In this document: positions 1-13,888 of the stretch, one piece after another
Numbering within the stretch: position 1 is the stretch's first letter
Layout of the letters: the number at the start of each line of letters is the position of its first letter
Assembly: GCA_964016885.1 (NCBI GenBank)
Contig: OZ024742.1
Coordinates: forward strand, 255,440,001 to 255,504,000
Direction: 5' to 3'
From: Eledone cirrhosa
Lineage: Eukaryota
Length of the DNA stretch: 64,000 nt
Made by a program: the position numbers and the translations under genes
The notes under the pieces: model-generated
Database searches by the model: none
Seen by the model: only the letters and a program-made list of their open reading frames with translations
What the model was told of the DNA's origin: nothing

Positions 1-596
1 TGTACAAAAATACGCAAACAGTTTTCGGGCCAGCAAAATTTTAACCTGCAAAACTCACGAGTTCCAAGTTTCAACATTAAGCTTCCATTTTGCTTCATTT
101 CCATTAAAAAGTCTTTTAAAACAATATTTCAGCGAATCAGCTTCGTTATCACCCGAGGCAACGCTGCGAGTGTGCTGGCTTGCCTCAAAATTAGAGAGGT
201 TGCCCAGAACTCGCGACGTTGCTGATTTTTGGTCTGGTGTTGGCTCCTTTGTTCACCCCTTCCTTTGTATTTTCTTTAATATTGTAGTTTATGTATATAT
301 TTAAAATATATTTGTTATGCTATTCTACTGTAAATTTATTTATATAGTCTGTTTATACCCTCAAAAATCTATGAAACTACATACATGTTGCAACTCTCTC
401 TCTATATATATATCACACACACAAATATACATATACATCTAAAGAGAGAGAGGGAGATGTAGAGAGAGAGAGAGAGTGGGATAGGTCGTTATACAGAGAG
501 AGGTACAAGATAATCAGATAGAGAGACAGAGAGAGAGAGAATAGCGACGAACGCTGGTTCACACACACACACATACACACAAACACATATATATAA

Positions 597-625
<29 letters not shown>

Positions 626-629
<4 letters not shown>

Positions 630-664
630 TCTGCGCGTTCTTTATTGTTCTCCATTCTGTAGGA

Positions 665-728
<64 letters not shown>

Positions 729-765
729 CGTTCTTTATTGTTCTCCATTCTGTAGGAGGAAGAGA
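626..765. repeat. Direct repeat of about 45 bp separated by (GA)n
   Basis: gagatctgcgcgttctttattgttctccattctgtaggaggaaga occurs at ~626 and ~719. Confidence 0.9.
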
Positions 766-783
766 GAGAGAGTGGGTATGAGT

Positions 784-816
<33 letters not shown>

Positions 817-1209
817 GGTATGAGAAAAAAGGAGAGGGGTTGAGAAAGAAAGAAAGTTTAAGCAAAGAATCGCTGCTTTCAACATTCACGGATCTTCTTA
901 AACTAATAAATTCTATCTGTGAACGCAGAATTAAATATTTCGAGAAACGTTGCAACCGAAGGAAAACAGGAAGACGATATTTTGGTTTGTGAAGGCGTTC
1001 CCTGGTAATGAATGGAAAAAAAAGCGAGGATAATACGTCGTTATGTGGACCGAAAGAACAATTTCATGCAAAGACAAGACCAAGTTTATGGTGTAAATGG
1101 AGTCGTTAGATTAATGTTTTATTTAAAATAACCGAATGATTTCCAGCCCCAGAGTTTAAGAATGATGTAAATAAAATTGTAAACGAAAATGACAGAGGTT
1201 ATTAAAATA

Positions 1210-1316
1210 GTTTCTTCTACTTTTGGCACAAGGCCAGCAATTAACCAGTACATTACTGGTACTTTATTTTATCGACCCCGTAAGGATGAAAGCAAAGTTA
1301 ACTTCGACGGGATTTT
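1210..1316 (-). mobile_element. tRNA-derived SINE, family A (5'-truncated)
   Basis: Reverse complement of the family core tttcatccttacggggtcgataaaataaagtaccag and tail ggccttgtgccaaaagtagaa. Confidence 0.85.
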
Positions 1317-1589
1317 AAGTTTGCCTTAAAATAGTAAAAGTAAATAGTGAAGATTTAGGCCAGTACATACCTATGCGCCGACGGACATATACATTCATAT
1401 ACATACGCACACACAAATACATATGCACACACAAATACACACGCACACACACACGCGCGCGTGTGCGTGTAAAGCTTATGCATTTCTACAGTATTTTCAC
1501 AAAACTTCAGTACTCCGGATGGTCATGGGCACTTTCATTTTTCCAGATATTGATTATAAGGCTTCCCGGCAGATAACCCCCTTTAACCA

Positions 1590-1885
1590 CCTCCTTGGAG
1601 TCGAATGAAGCACTGCAATGCAATGCAACAAAACGTCATAACTTCTGGAGTTCGCAACCGATTTTCACAAAACTTGACACATGGGCTACGTTTGTTCTAC
1701 AGATGAATGTGAACTCTCGGAATTGGCACATATTGAGTAAGAAACCCCTGGGGGCAGGAACCACCTTTTGGAAAAAGCCGATGATTTTGTAAAAGTATAG
1801 TTTTCCAAGCAGCACTGAAGTATTGACATACATGGTATACATAACTGGTATTTAATACCCGAGCAACGCCGGGTACCTCAGCTAG
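1590..1885 (+). mobile_element. Non-autonomous Helitron-like element, 3' part
   Basis: Hairpin TACCCG-agcaacgc-CGGGTA (1856-1875), then CTAG (1882-1885) and T, the canonical Helitron 3' end. Upstream 'accgattttcacaaaacttgacaca' resembles non-autonomous Helitron motifs. 5' boundary unknown. Confidence 0.55.
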
Positions 1886-2465
1886 TATTCTATATATCTT
1901 CCTCTCTTTATATTTCTATCTATAATAATTTCTCCTTTTCTTCTTCTTTCTCTTTTTCTTTTTCTTTTTCCTTCTTCTTTGTCCTTCCTTTCCTTTCTTT
2001 CTTTACTGTATCTATCTCCCTTTCTTCCTCCTTTTCTCGCTATATCTTTATTATTAATATTATTATTGATGATGTAATTTGAATTTGTAAATTTGCCGGT
2101 TACACATATATGTTTTGATCAGTTTCCGATGATCTAGTAGAGTTAACATCGTATTTAAAATTGAGTGGCATGCTTTTAGTGTTCAGCAGTTTTTAGACAA
2201 CTCTATCAGTGAAACAATTGTTAGACTGCAAATAAATCCTCTTTTTTGTACTGTTGACCATGTTATTCTCCACTTTTCAATTATATTACTCCAAGATAAA
2301 CTTACATAGGAATACAAGTGAAATCATAAACTCGTCATCTACGTAAACCTCTTGTTGAGTCAAGTAACGCCGTGCTCTAAAGCTATCCATAATAAGAAGT
2401 ATTCACAACCTCTAATTGGATTACCTATAACAATTTTTTGTTATCCTTCATATATATATACATAT

Positions 2466-2666
2466 AGTGTTAGAAGGTAAGGCGACACAAACAAGAGATG
2501 GAAAGTTTCCATTCGTCAGCTGTTTACTACGGATCATGGATGTTTCGGCGCATTATTAACAAAACATCGATCCATCATGCCCGCCGAAACATCCATGACC
2601 AGTATTAAACAGCTGACCAAGGGAAACTTTCCATCCTTTGTTTGTGTCGCCTTACCTTCTAACACT
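2466..2666. repeat. Inverted repeat (~85-bp arms), probable Penelope pLTR remnant
   Basis: 2466-2550 and 2582-2666 are imperfect reverse complements. Carries a ccgaaacatcc hammerhead-like half and is flanked by (TA)n. Confidence 0.7.
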
Positions 2667-2711
2667 CGTTATTAGTAACCACACAGCCTCGCCTTTCTCA
2701 ACCACCCACAC

Positions 2712-2759
<48 letters not shown>

Positions 2760-3688
2760 ATAGATGGAAATATGAGATGTTGTTCTTACTCGTGTTTCAA
2801 CGAGCATAAGAGGGAAAATTAGAAACAGTTAAATGATCCATTATTAATTATATAGAATTGTATTTAAATGGTACAATTTGAGCATTGACTCATGGAACTC
2901 AGTATCAAACATTATTTTACTTGAATTCTTCATAAAATATACAAAGTAAGTAATGCCAGATAAAACATATAAATGTATGACAATACTTTTATGATATCGT
3001 AATTATATAAAAAAAGGGAACAGAGGCGCACCTGTGCACATTTTTGCCGTTTCCAGGTGTACTTTACCTGATTTTTTAAGAGGCAAGCGAAATAGAGCTT
3101 AGAAGGCCAAAGCTAAACAGAAAAAATGAATGGAATAACAACAACACCCAAACAAAATACTGACTTAAGAGAAATATAAATAAATAAATAAATACATATA
3201 TACACAAGCACATTAACAACAAACACATATAAACACACACTAGTAAACTAAGACAGAATACAATAACCAAAAGACAGTCACCCAAACGCGAACACACACA
3301 CCAAACATTATACACACACGCAAACGCATGCGCAGTGAAGAAGACAAAAATAAATAAATAAATAAATAAACAGATAAAATAAAAATGGCGTAGACATACA
3401 ATACAACAGGAGGAACATAATAGTACCACTGATGATGATGCAGATGTGCAACGAAAGAACTTTGTTAGACTATATATATGTGTTTATATCTGTATTTTTG
3501 ACCGTTGGTCAGTTAATGATAAACATTGAGGACCAAATGAATTAACTGATATAAAAGATACAGAAGCGAAAACCAACCAAACAGTGAGTGTGTTCTGTTT
3601 TTAATTCTGGCAATATTATTACAACGATATAACCCTCTCCAAGTATGACTATAATAATGATAATTTACTTTCGGATGCCCACACCTCA

Positions 3689-3689
3689 G

Positions 3690-3773
<84 letters not shown>

Positions 3774-3835
3774 GTGTATGTAATTATCTAATTCTATCTA
3801 TTTCTCAACTCCACTTTCTCTCTCTCTCTCTCTCC

Positions 3836-3885
<50 letters not shown>

Positions 3886-3898
3886 ACATATATATATA

Positions 3899-3934
<36 letters not shown>

Positions 3935-4069
3935 TGAATGTATGTGTGTGACTATGTATGTGTGTGAGAGTGTGTCTGTATGTGTGTGTGTCTGTGTGTG
4001 TAAATGTATGTTTGTGTCTGTCTGTGTGTGTGTGTGTGTCTGTGTGTGTAAATGTATGTGTGTGTCTGT

Positions 4070-4162
<93 letters not shown>

Positions 4163-4200
4163 TGTGTGTGAGAGTATATGTATGTGTCTGTGTTGATGAA
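3689..4200. repeat. Compound microsatellite (TATC)n/(CT)n/(TG)n
   Basis: Directly visible. Confidence 0.95.
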
Positions 4201-4354
4201 TCTACATGAACATTTTAATTTCCATTGCGTCAGATGAGCAAATCAATCTTAAAGTCGAGTTCATTGTAATTGATTAAAGCTCCGAGGTGGCCATTTAGGA
4301 AACACGCGTTATGTTTGATTACAAAGAAAATGTTCAACAGAATCTTCCATCTTT

Positions 4355-4480
<126 letters not shown>

Positions 4481-4861
4481 CGAAACAAGATGAAAGCGAA
4501 AATGCAACTGGAGTCTTTTAAAAAAATATATATATTTATTTGGTTCCTTTACAGGTTTCGCAGTTCTTGTGCTTTTCAAAAGTAGATTTGAGATGGAGGG
4601 TTTGTGGTTTTTCTTACATCTGGTTGGTGTTCGAATGTTACTTCTGTTTTATATAGAAAAAAGTGGCTCGAAATGCTAGGTTTTTAGAGAAGTTGGTTGA
4701 TGACTGTCATGTGAATAAGTATAATAAATTTAGCGCCAGTTCGCTTTACAAAGTTCTTCAAAAAAAAAGGGGGGGGGGGGGGTTCAGATTGTTTTTTCAT
4801 ATATGAGTGAAGTTTGGTTGGTTGATGCAGTCACGTGAAAAAGCACATCAGCTTTCGCATA

Positions 4862-4980
4862 AAGTGAAACATTTGTTCTCGGTATGGTAAACAAACTGTC
4901 GTGAAACTACTTCTACCAAACTCGTCCCATGGACTGAGTGCTCTACTACTACGGATATAATCCTCCATTGTTCTACTATT
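4862..4980 (+). mobile_element. Solo pLTR fragment of the 38-40 kb Penelope-like family
   Basis: gtgaaacatttgttctcggtatgg...ctcgtcccatggactgagtgctctactac matches 18028-18140 and 39973-40087. Confidence 0.75.
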
Positions 4981-5045
4981 ATATATATAGTGAAAGAGTA
5001 ACGAATAACATGGTCGGCTGTACAAAAAGAATATATATATATATA

Positions 5046-5110
<65 letters not shown>

Positions 5111-5333
5111 TGAATCCCGAGTTCAATCAGGGATAACCACAGTAAGTAAAATACTCAATACATAGTAGAGTATACATTTTAAATATAGAAATGGTTTCTA
5201 CAGGACTATATATATATATACATATATATACATATATAAATATAAGTCTCCCTCTCTCTCTCTTTCTCTCCATCTTTGTATGTCTATCTGCCTGTCTCTC
5301 TCTCTCTTTCTCCCTCTCTCTCTCTCTACGCCC

Positions 5334-5391
<58 letters not shown>

Positions 5392-5397
5392 TGAGAG

Positions 5398-5600
5398 AGT
5401 TCCACAATATATAAGCAAACCTTACTCGAGAGCAAGCGTTTCAACCGACGGATGCATAGCTGCGCAGTCATACACGGGTTGAAATCCGTCCGGTGAAACG
5501 CGTGTCTTCGAGTATGGTTTGCTATTTTGTTGTGCAACCAACTCTATACCGAACTCGTTCTGTGGACAGTGTTCTACTAACGGATATAACCTTTCGGTTT
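5398..5600 (+). mobile_element. Diverged pLTR fragment with a short inversion
   Basis: Arms ~5398-5453 and ~5484-5538 are inverted. The 3' part (aactcgttctgtggacagtgttctactaacggatataacc) resembles the 18 kb and 40 kb pLTR family. Confidence 0.55.
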
Positions 5601-5650
5601 TTCACCACTACATTTCTTTCTCTCTCTGTATATATATATATATATATATA

Positions 5651-5689
<39 letters not shown>

Positions 5690-5746
5690 TTTCTGAATTT
5701 GCTTAGCAAGATTCTTTATCTGAAAACGTATGTTGAAAACGATATT

Positions 5747-6566
5747 GTTATACTTTGGGAGGGTCATGTTGCCAATAAGAAACACACACACCAGTAGATT
5801 TCACTCCACTTTATTATAAATTAAATTCATAAATTTAAGAATTTATAAATTTCCGGTTGGTTGGTTGGTTCCACAACCGGACGGTTGTTCATATATTGTC
5901 AAAGTTCTTTCGTCACACATTCTGTGACCTCTTCAGTGACTGGGGATTCTTTTCTTTGTTTTGTGCCTCTCCTTTGTTCTGTCCTATGCCATCTTGTTTT
6001 TGTGTGTGTTGTGTGCTTAGTTTGCGCATGTGTTACATCAGGGTGTCTGTGTGTGTGTGTGTTTTTATTTGTTTATTTATTTGTTTATTTACATGTTACT
6101 GGTTGGTTGCTTGTTCTATGTGTGTGTGTATTTCATTTTGTCCTTAATTGTAAGTTGTGATGTTGCTATTCCATTCATGTTTTCTATTTAATTTTGGTTG
6201 GAGTTCATTTATGTTTATTGCCTCTGTGATTTGTCTAAGCATTGCGTCTTTTCTGTGTGTAGATTTTATTTTTATTTCTATGTTCTCTAATTTGCCCTTA
6301 TGTTCTATTTTAGAATGTTGGTGGAGTATTGATGATTCTTTTTTATCTTGAAGTTCTCGCCAGTGTTCATTTAACACAGAAAAGAATCCCCAGTCACAGA
6401 ATGTGTGATGAAAGAACTTTGACAATATATGAACAACCGTCCGGTTGTGGAACCAACCAACCGGAAATTTATAAATTCTTAAATTTATAAATTTAATTTA
6501 TAATAAATTTGAGTGAAAGCAACTGGTGCGTGTGTTTCTTATTGGCAACATGACCCTCCCAAAGTA

Positions 6567-6570
<4 letters not shown>
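5747..6570 (-). mobile_element. 5'-truncated Penelope-like element with inverted pLTRs
   Basis: Arms 5747-5955 and 6378-6570 are inverted. Between them the minus strand encodes a GIY-YIG C-terminus (SSILHQHSKIEH...RQITEAININELQPKLNRKHEW). (TA)n follows on the right. Confidence 0.85.
5898..5940 (-). ncRNA. Minimal type I hammerhead ribozyme motif
   Basis: GTCA-CTGAAGA-G-GTCAC-agaatgt-GTGAC-GAAAG-aa-CTT-TGAC: stem I, core, stem II and an NUH site. Confidence 0.75.
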
Positions 6571-6643
<73 letters not shown>

Positions 6644-6647
<4 letters not shown>

Positions 6648-6660
6648 TATTCTATGTGTC

Positions 6661-6714
<54 letters not shown>

Positions 6715-6731
6715 GACACATAGAATAATTT
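6644..6731. repeat. Perfect 88-bp palindrome centred on (TA)n
   Basis: aaattattctatgtgtcgg-(TA)n-ccgacacatagaataattt. Confidence 0.9.
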
Positions 6732-7074
6732 CCCTCATCATCTATTTGGAATTTCTTTAAACACCACACTTATTAACGTCGTCCTGTTAAAGACCGCCAT
6801 TTTTTAATATGTTGTCTGTTTTTAATTTAATTTTCTAAAACTCTTTTGTAAAAAAAAGTGTTTTTCTTTGCATCTCTTCTTATTATGGGACTTCTCAAAA
6901 ATAGATGTTTATGTTTCTTAGCTTATTAGCAAGTCAAAACTGTTCTTAACACTAATGTTAGTAATAATGAAATTTCTTTATTTTTTATTTATTTTATTCT
7001 GCCGTTGTTGTTGGTAGTAGTGGTGGTAGTGGTTGTGGGAAATAAGTTACCGTATAGTAGTAGTAGGGGCAATG

Positions 7075-7282
7075 AATTTGTAGTATCGGTTGAGCGTCGG
7101 GCATCTTGCTTTGCGATATAGAGTTACAGCCCTTATGATCTGAGTTCAACTCTCGCCGAAGTTAGCTTTGCCTTTCATTCTTACGAGGTTGATAAAGTAA
7201 AATATCAGTGATGTAATGAGGTCAATTTAATCGACTTTCCATTGCATTTTAAATTGCTGACATTGTGCTAAATATAGAAACA
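7075..7282 (+). mobile_element. SINE family A, diverged
   Basis: A-box-like gtagtatcggttg, B-box gagttcaactc, core ttgcctttcattcttacgaggttgataa. Confidence 0.75.
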
Positions 7283-8239
7283 GTTATTGTAATAATAGTT
7301 GTTGTTGGTGGTGCTTCAGTTATGATTATTGTAGTGGTTGTATTAGTTGTTATTTTTGGTGGTGGTTCACTTATCGTTATTGAAGTTGTTGTTGTAGTAG
7401 TAATTGTTGTCTTTGTTAATGTTATTGTTTTTTTTTCTGTCTGGAACACAATGCTGTCAAATATCTGAACACATATATCAACACACAAAAATTCCCACAC
7501 ATGCATACGCACACACGCCTATACACACGTACACAGACATACACACACACGAACGCATACAGTCATACAATACAAACACACAGGTATACTCGCAACATAG
7601 ACCTGCAGACATATTCTCACAAATATTAGAAAATTTACACAGGCGCACACAAGGAGACATACAAAAATACATATACAAACATACACATATTACCTCACTC
7701 ACACATACACAGACAACCTCCACTCCATAGACAGACACACACTGATGCACATACAAACATACAAACTAACACATATATACACACAGACACATACATACAG
7801 TGATATATACACACTAATATATAATATTTGTAAATTTATAACAGACACATATGCAAATATATAAAGACACACATGCACACACACGTGAAATTATACAGGC
7901 ACACTGACATAAACACATAAATTAATATATAGACGAACATAGAGAGAGACAGAGAGATACATAAAAATATGGACACACATGCACACACACATGACTATAT
8001 ATAGAGACGAACACATACACACACAGACAATTATAAACATAGATGCACACGTACGCACATGCACACAGACACATGAACATATAGACATACAGAAACACTG
8101 AACCGTACACATACTCAGTCATATATACATACACAGACACATACACAGAGAGACAAACACAGGAGATTTTCTACCAATCTCAGGTTTTGGCTATTAGCCT
8201 GAAAAATTGAACATTTCAACATCTCAGTGTTGCGTGTAT

Positions 8240-8335
8240 ATCATCATCATCGTCATCATGATTATGATCATCATCATGATCATCATCATCATCACCACAT
8301 GATGTCTGTTTTACCTGCTGGCATGGGTTGGACGG
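8240..8335 (-). mobile_element. Retroposon 3' tail ending in (GAT)n, RTE-associated type
   Basis: Minus strand reads ccgtccaacccatgccagcaggtaaaacagacatcatg...(gat)n. Family assignment is from recall and is unverified. Confidence 0.5.
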
Positions 8336-8702
8336 GTCGTTACTGAGCAAATTAGTATTTACACGGAGCTACTGACTTCTCAGAAAAGCCGGGGGGTCGC
8401 ATCACGTTTACATACGTTCCCTAAATCTCTTTCTTTCTCTTTCTTTCTAACCCCCCCCCCCCCTCCACGTCTCCCCATCTCTCTCCCTCCTCTCTCCCCC
8501 GCTCTCCTCCCCGCGCTCTAGAGAATTCCCCGGTTGTCAAATCATTAAAAGAACTGAAGAGTTCTCTCGACCGTTTGTTTTGCAATATTTCAACAGCTTG
8601 TTGTCCTTACTATTAACAAACACATTACAGAGTGTACTGGGTGTATTTGTCGTGTCACCAGCACTATGCAGTAATTATTGTTCGAGCTGATATTCAGTAG
8701 TT

Positions 8703-8920
8703 GGGTGGATTGGTAGTATCGATAGAGCGTCGGACACCATGTTTCGCAGCACAGAGTTATGGCCCTTTACGTTCTGAGATCAAATCCTGCCGAGGTTAGC
8801 TTTGTCATTCATCCATACGGGGTCGATAAATAAAGCAACAAGTAATGCACTGGTGTCGTTTCAATCGATTTCTCCCTCCCTTTTCAAATTGCTGGCCTTG
8901 TGCCTAAAGTAGAAACAATT
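8703..8920 (+). mobile_element. SINE family A
   Basis: ggtggattggtagtatcgatag head, gagatcaaatcc B box, core, and ggccttgtgcctaaagtagaaacaatt tail. Confidence 0.85.
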
Positions 8921-9234
8921 ATTGCAGTAGTTGTTATTAGTGTTGTTTTCTGTCGCTGTTGTTATCGTGGAAAAGTTTTTGTGTAATGGCGGGGCGTAGT
9001 TATTTCATCTTTGATTGGTCCTGATTTCGTTTATCTTCGAATTTAAAGTTTCCTCAACTTTTCCTAAATCCAAATATAATCGATCAATCATTGTTCTCGT
9101 TTCAACTAAAAATATCTCGAATTATTTTCACCATTTACTCATTATTTACTTCTTACTTAGTTACTTTTTACAATTTTTTTTTATGTCTAGCTCTCTCCTG
9201 GTTTGGAGACACATATACACATACATACTACATA

Positions 9235-9269
<35 letters not shown>

Positions 9270-9659
9270 TACGTATATGTATTCACACACACACACATAT
9301 ATACGCATATATATATACATATGTATATAAGTATACACACACATTTTTATAAATGTATATATATATATTTTTTTTTTGCATATATATGTATGTATATATA
9401 TATATATACATATATATACATATGAATATATGTATGTATAGTTTATATACTTACAAATATATATATGTATATATATATGTATATATGTACATATATATAT
9501 AGTTGTATGTATATACATAAGTGCATATACATACATACATACATATACATGCATACATATAAATATATATGTATATATATATATGAGTGTGTATACACGC
9601 ACACACATAGCTGTTATGTCACTATTTCTTCATTTAAAATTGTTCTTCTTAACATGCTC

Positions 9660-9660
<1 letters not shown>

Positions 9661-9727
<67 letters not shown>
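9661..9727. repeat. (TAC)n microsatellite
   Basis: Directly visible. Confidence 0.95.
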
Positions 9728-10074
9728 GCTGTATTCCCTGGTCATTTTCTTGTCTCATCAGGCATTCCGTTTTCTTTCTTCCAAGCTACACATCATTTTC
9801 TGATTAAATCTACATTTCCCCCTCTCTCGCTCCCCTCCTCCTCCTGTCTCTCTGTCTCCTTCTCTCTTTCTGTCTTTCCTTCCCTCTTGTTCTCCCTCTC
9901 TCTCACACACTCTCCACAGAGACCTTCAACTATACACACACCTACAAAAATAATAAGCAAACAGATACAGACACGGCCACACAAACGGAATCAGGAACTA
10001 AAACTTTGGTTAAACAAATCTGAGGTATTCTATGAGTGTAAGTGCACAGAGCACTTAAATTCATTCATAATTTC

Positions 10075-10090
10075 CGTACACACACTCACA

Positions 10091-10125
<35 letters not shown>

Positions 10126-10138
10126 ATATCATTAGATG

Positions 10139-10225
<87 letters not shown>

Positions 10226-10750
10226 GTGTGTGTACATATACACACACAAACATATATATATATATCGATATATCATTAGATGTGAGGCCAGGCCGGTCGG
10301 CATTTTTCCTCTCTCTCGTCTACGATTTCACAGAACTTACGTTCACCGAATTCACAGACTAGACCCCTTCTTCCTCCCGTTAGACCTGTGCGAAATTCCT
10401 TCCTTGCTCACATTTCAACCAGGTTTGATGGTCTTTATTCTCTCTCGTTCACGATTTCACCGAATTTAAGTTCATAGAAATTTGGGACTTGACTCCTTCT
10501 TCCTCATTTTTCGTTGCTTCACCATTTTTGTTTGTTTACACTCGTGTCCCCTATATTTATTGTGTCCCAACGACTTTTTTAAGCCGTTGCTCGCACCAAC
10601 CGGAGGTATAGATGAAATACCAATGATGGTTGGAAGATCACTGATGAAGGACTAACTTTATTCATATATATATATATATATATATGTGTGTGTACATATA
10701 CACTCACACACAAAAACATATATATATATATATCGATATATCATTAGATG

Positions 10751-10791
<41 letters not shown>

Positions 10792-10855
10792 ACATATACA
10801 CACACACACAAACATATATATATATATATATATATCGATATATCATTAGATGTGA

Positions 10856-10890
<35 letters not shown>

Positions 10891-10953
10891 GTGTACATAC
10901 ACACACACACACACACAAACATATATATATATATATGGATATATCATCAGATG

Positions 10954-10997
<44 letters not shown>
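10075..10997. repeat. Composite minisatellite with unit (TA)n-tgtgtacatatacacac-(TA)n-cgatatatcattagatgtga
   Basis: The motif recurs at ~10122, 10267, 10735, 10837 and as a variant at ~10938. It is interrupted by a non-repetitive segment at 10286-10660. Confidence 0.85.
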
Positions 10998-10999
<2 letters not shown>

Positions 11000-11335
11000 A
11001 GGGTGTTAAAGTTTGCTTGAAGCATTGTGAAATGTGTAAAATACGTAGTTAAGAAAGCCACAAAAATGCAGAGGGAAATCTCGAGGTAGGAAGTGAAAGA
11101 TAGATAGGAAAAACAGGTGAAAGTGAAAATTGAGAGAGACAAAGATGAAAACAAAACAAAGGTAGAAGGGTTACCGTAGTGGAGATTTAATCCCAATATT
11201 TCGGGCTCACGCCCATCAACGGGGGAAAGTTCCAAAAGGGGGTGAACAGGCCAAGCGGAGAAAGTTGTGATGTCGTTAAGACAGGAATGCCGTTATGGGG
11301 AGAAAATTATTTAAAATTTAAACGAGGGAAAGAAT

Positions 11336-13825
11336 ATGCATCAGGAATATACATCAGGAATATACATCTACCCGAATGTTTACGATCACCATCCTTCGAA
11401 AACACCATCCGCCACATTCAACGCACGTTTATCAAGAAAATACTACGACACAACCACCACCAACTGCGACTCCATATACAAACGCTTGCCGAGCACATAG
11501 ATCGTATAGCTCCAACCCTCACCCCCTGACCACCAGGTCCAGGAAATACGCAAAGCTATAGATCAGTGTTACCACACCAGAGTCAAATATGATAAACAGC
11601 GCCTTATACGGAAATACGAATGGACTGTAAACAAATACTACAATGACAACATCCGCTCCCACAGACGGACCGACTACAACCACACCAGGGGCAACAGCTA
11701 TACAACACCCTCCGCTACACCCCCCAACATCGATCTACCTACCAACGATGCTTCACACCTCGTTACCGACTTAACCGGTACCCTCACCAACGACGAACTC
11801 GAACTTCTGCGCCTCGGACCCAAGTTCATCATCACACAGCGTCTCGATGATAGACTGAAACTCGACATCGAAACCAACTTCTGTCGGACAGCATATCAAC
11901 TGAAATGGCTAACCGCCATCCAAAACAACACCGAGATCGATTACAACCCCACAACCCACCCCATACTCCCCACGTATCACCTCGACAACCCACTCCACCC
12001 CCCAACCACCAACCACGAACTTGACACTAAACTACTCAGGTTGAAACATTCTATCTCTAACATCCTTTCCCAACACACACACAATAAACGCAACCTCACC
12101 AATGCACAATTTAATACTCTCACCAACCTAAGATCCAGGAACCTTGTGTACCTTCCCTCTGACAAGGGGAAAGAATTCTGTGTCATCTCGAGAGAGACCT
12201 ACAACAACTTAGCTCTCCAACATCTTAATGACCACAGCCTCTACTCGAAAGTCACAGGGACCTCCTCGACTCTAATCGAGGAAGGCATTAACACCATATG
12301 GACTAACATCTGTGTCCAACGAAAACTGCCAAAGAAGGTAAAAAACAACATAATGACTCGAAACAGCAAATTACCCACCTTCTACCACCTGGTTAAAACA
12401 CATAAACAAGGACCCGATTTGAAAATCAGGCCCATTGTCTCTAGCGTGGAGGGCCCACTCTACAAAATATCGTGGCTGCTCTCCACACTACTGAAACCCA
12501 TTCTACACACACTACCAGCCCACGTCTGCAGCTCAAAGGAGGTCTTGGAGCGACTACACCATCTGGCGCCCAACACCAGAAAGGACAACGGTTATGCCTT
12601 CAGTCTTGATGTGGTCGCTCTTTATACCTCCGTACCAGCATCCCCAGCTGTCGACCTGTTGACCGAACGAGTCCGAGCATCTAACTTACACTGCTTCGGA
12701 CTCACACACACGGACATCCACCAACTCCTCTCCTTCGTTGTGGATAATGCACTCTTCAATTTCCTCGGCCACACGTACAAACAAATCTCTGGGCTACCTA
12801 TGGGCTCTAGTCTGTCCGGCATACTTGCGATCTCGTACATGGACCACCTGGAACGCAAGGCACTCAATACCTGCCAACCCAACGCCGTCGCCTTCTACTC
12901 CAGATACGTTGATGACATCCTGATACTTACTTCTTCCCGGGAGATGGCGAATGAAATTCACCAAATCTTCAACGATACTGACCATCACGTCGATTTCACC
13001 ATCGAACACCCAGGAGAAGACGGGTCACTCGCCCTCCTCGACTTCCGTATCAACATCTCGGAAGAAGGAGACATAAACACCACCTTCTACCGCAAAGCAG
13101 CGTGCAAGGACTTATTTGTGCATTATAACTCAGCCCTCCCCAACAACGCTAAGAGAGGCTATGTCCTAAATGAACTGACACGGATCACTAACAGATGCAG
13201 CGACCCGATGGGTGGTCTCACCCATACCACGCAATTCCGTAATCTACTCAGATCTAATGGTTATCCCAAGCGACTGATTAACGGAATTAGAGACCCCAGA
13301 CCCAATAGACAGACACCCACTAGAAACTTAAATAAAAGCAGGTGCTTCTTTAAAATCCCCCACCTGAGTGAATATACCACGAACGCCATCCGCAGGGCCA
13401 TACGGACGGAGGGACTTGAAATACATTTGGCCCACACAGGACCTTCGCTGCGAAGATGCCTCTCCAACAAACCCGACGAGTCAGATGGGACGTGTTCCCT
13501 CAGCAACTGCCCGATACGGGGGGCAGATTGCCTACGCACCTATGTCGTATATAAGATTCAATGCGATAAATGTAACAAGTTTTACATAGGTAGCACCATC
13601 CGACCCCTACATGTTCGTATCAAGGAACATATCAACACCAACGCATCTTCCTTCCGTAAACACATCCTTAAATGCGGAAACCCACAGGGTAGACCTTTGG
13701 TCACAGTCCTAGCGACTGAACGCAGCATCGGATCCTTAAGGATAAAGGAAGCACTTGTTATTAAGAACCTCAGACCCCCACTTAACAACCGGGCTGAGAG
13801 AAATGAGCTGACATGGCTAACTTAA
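11336..13825 (+). CDS. Penelope-like reverse transcriptase plus GIY-YIG endonuclease (5'-truncated, one frameshift near 11525)
   Basis: Motifs LTNDELELLRLGPKF, LPSDKG, YHLVKTHK, IRPIVS, SLDVVALYTSVP, GLPMGSSLS, RYVDD, VVYKIQC..C.KFYIGST.RPLHVRIKEH. The frame of the 12041-13825 ORF is open back to ~11525. Confidence 0.92.
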
Positions 13826-13888
13826 CCACAGTGACCATTCACAGCCTACGGCCTGCTATCTTCACACATACGCACGTATATGCATACC

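Noticed and set aside
158-222. Short inverted repeat gcaacgctgcgagt / actcgcgacgttgc
   Set aside because: Only 14 bp with mismatches; no element boundaries can be defined.
10075-10997. CRISPR-like repeat-spacer pattern
   Set aside because: The spacers are microsatellites, there are no cas genes, and the context is eukaryotic.
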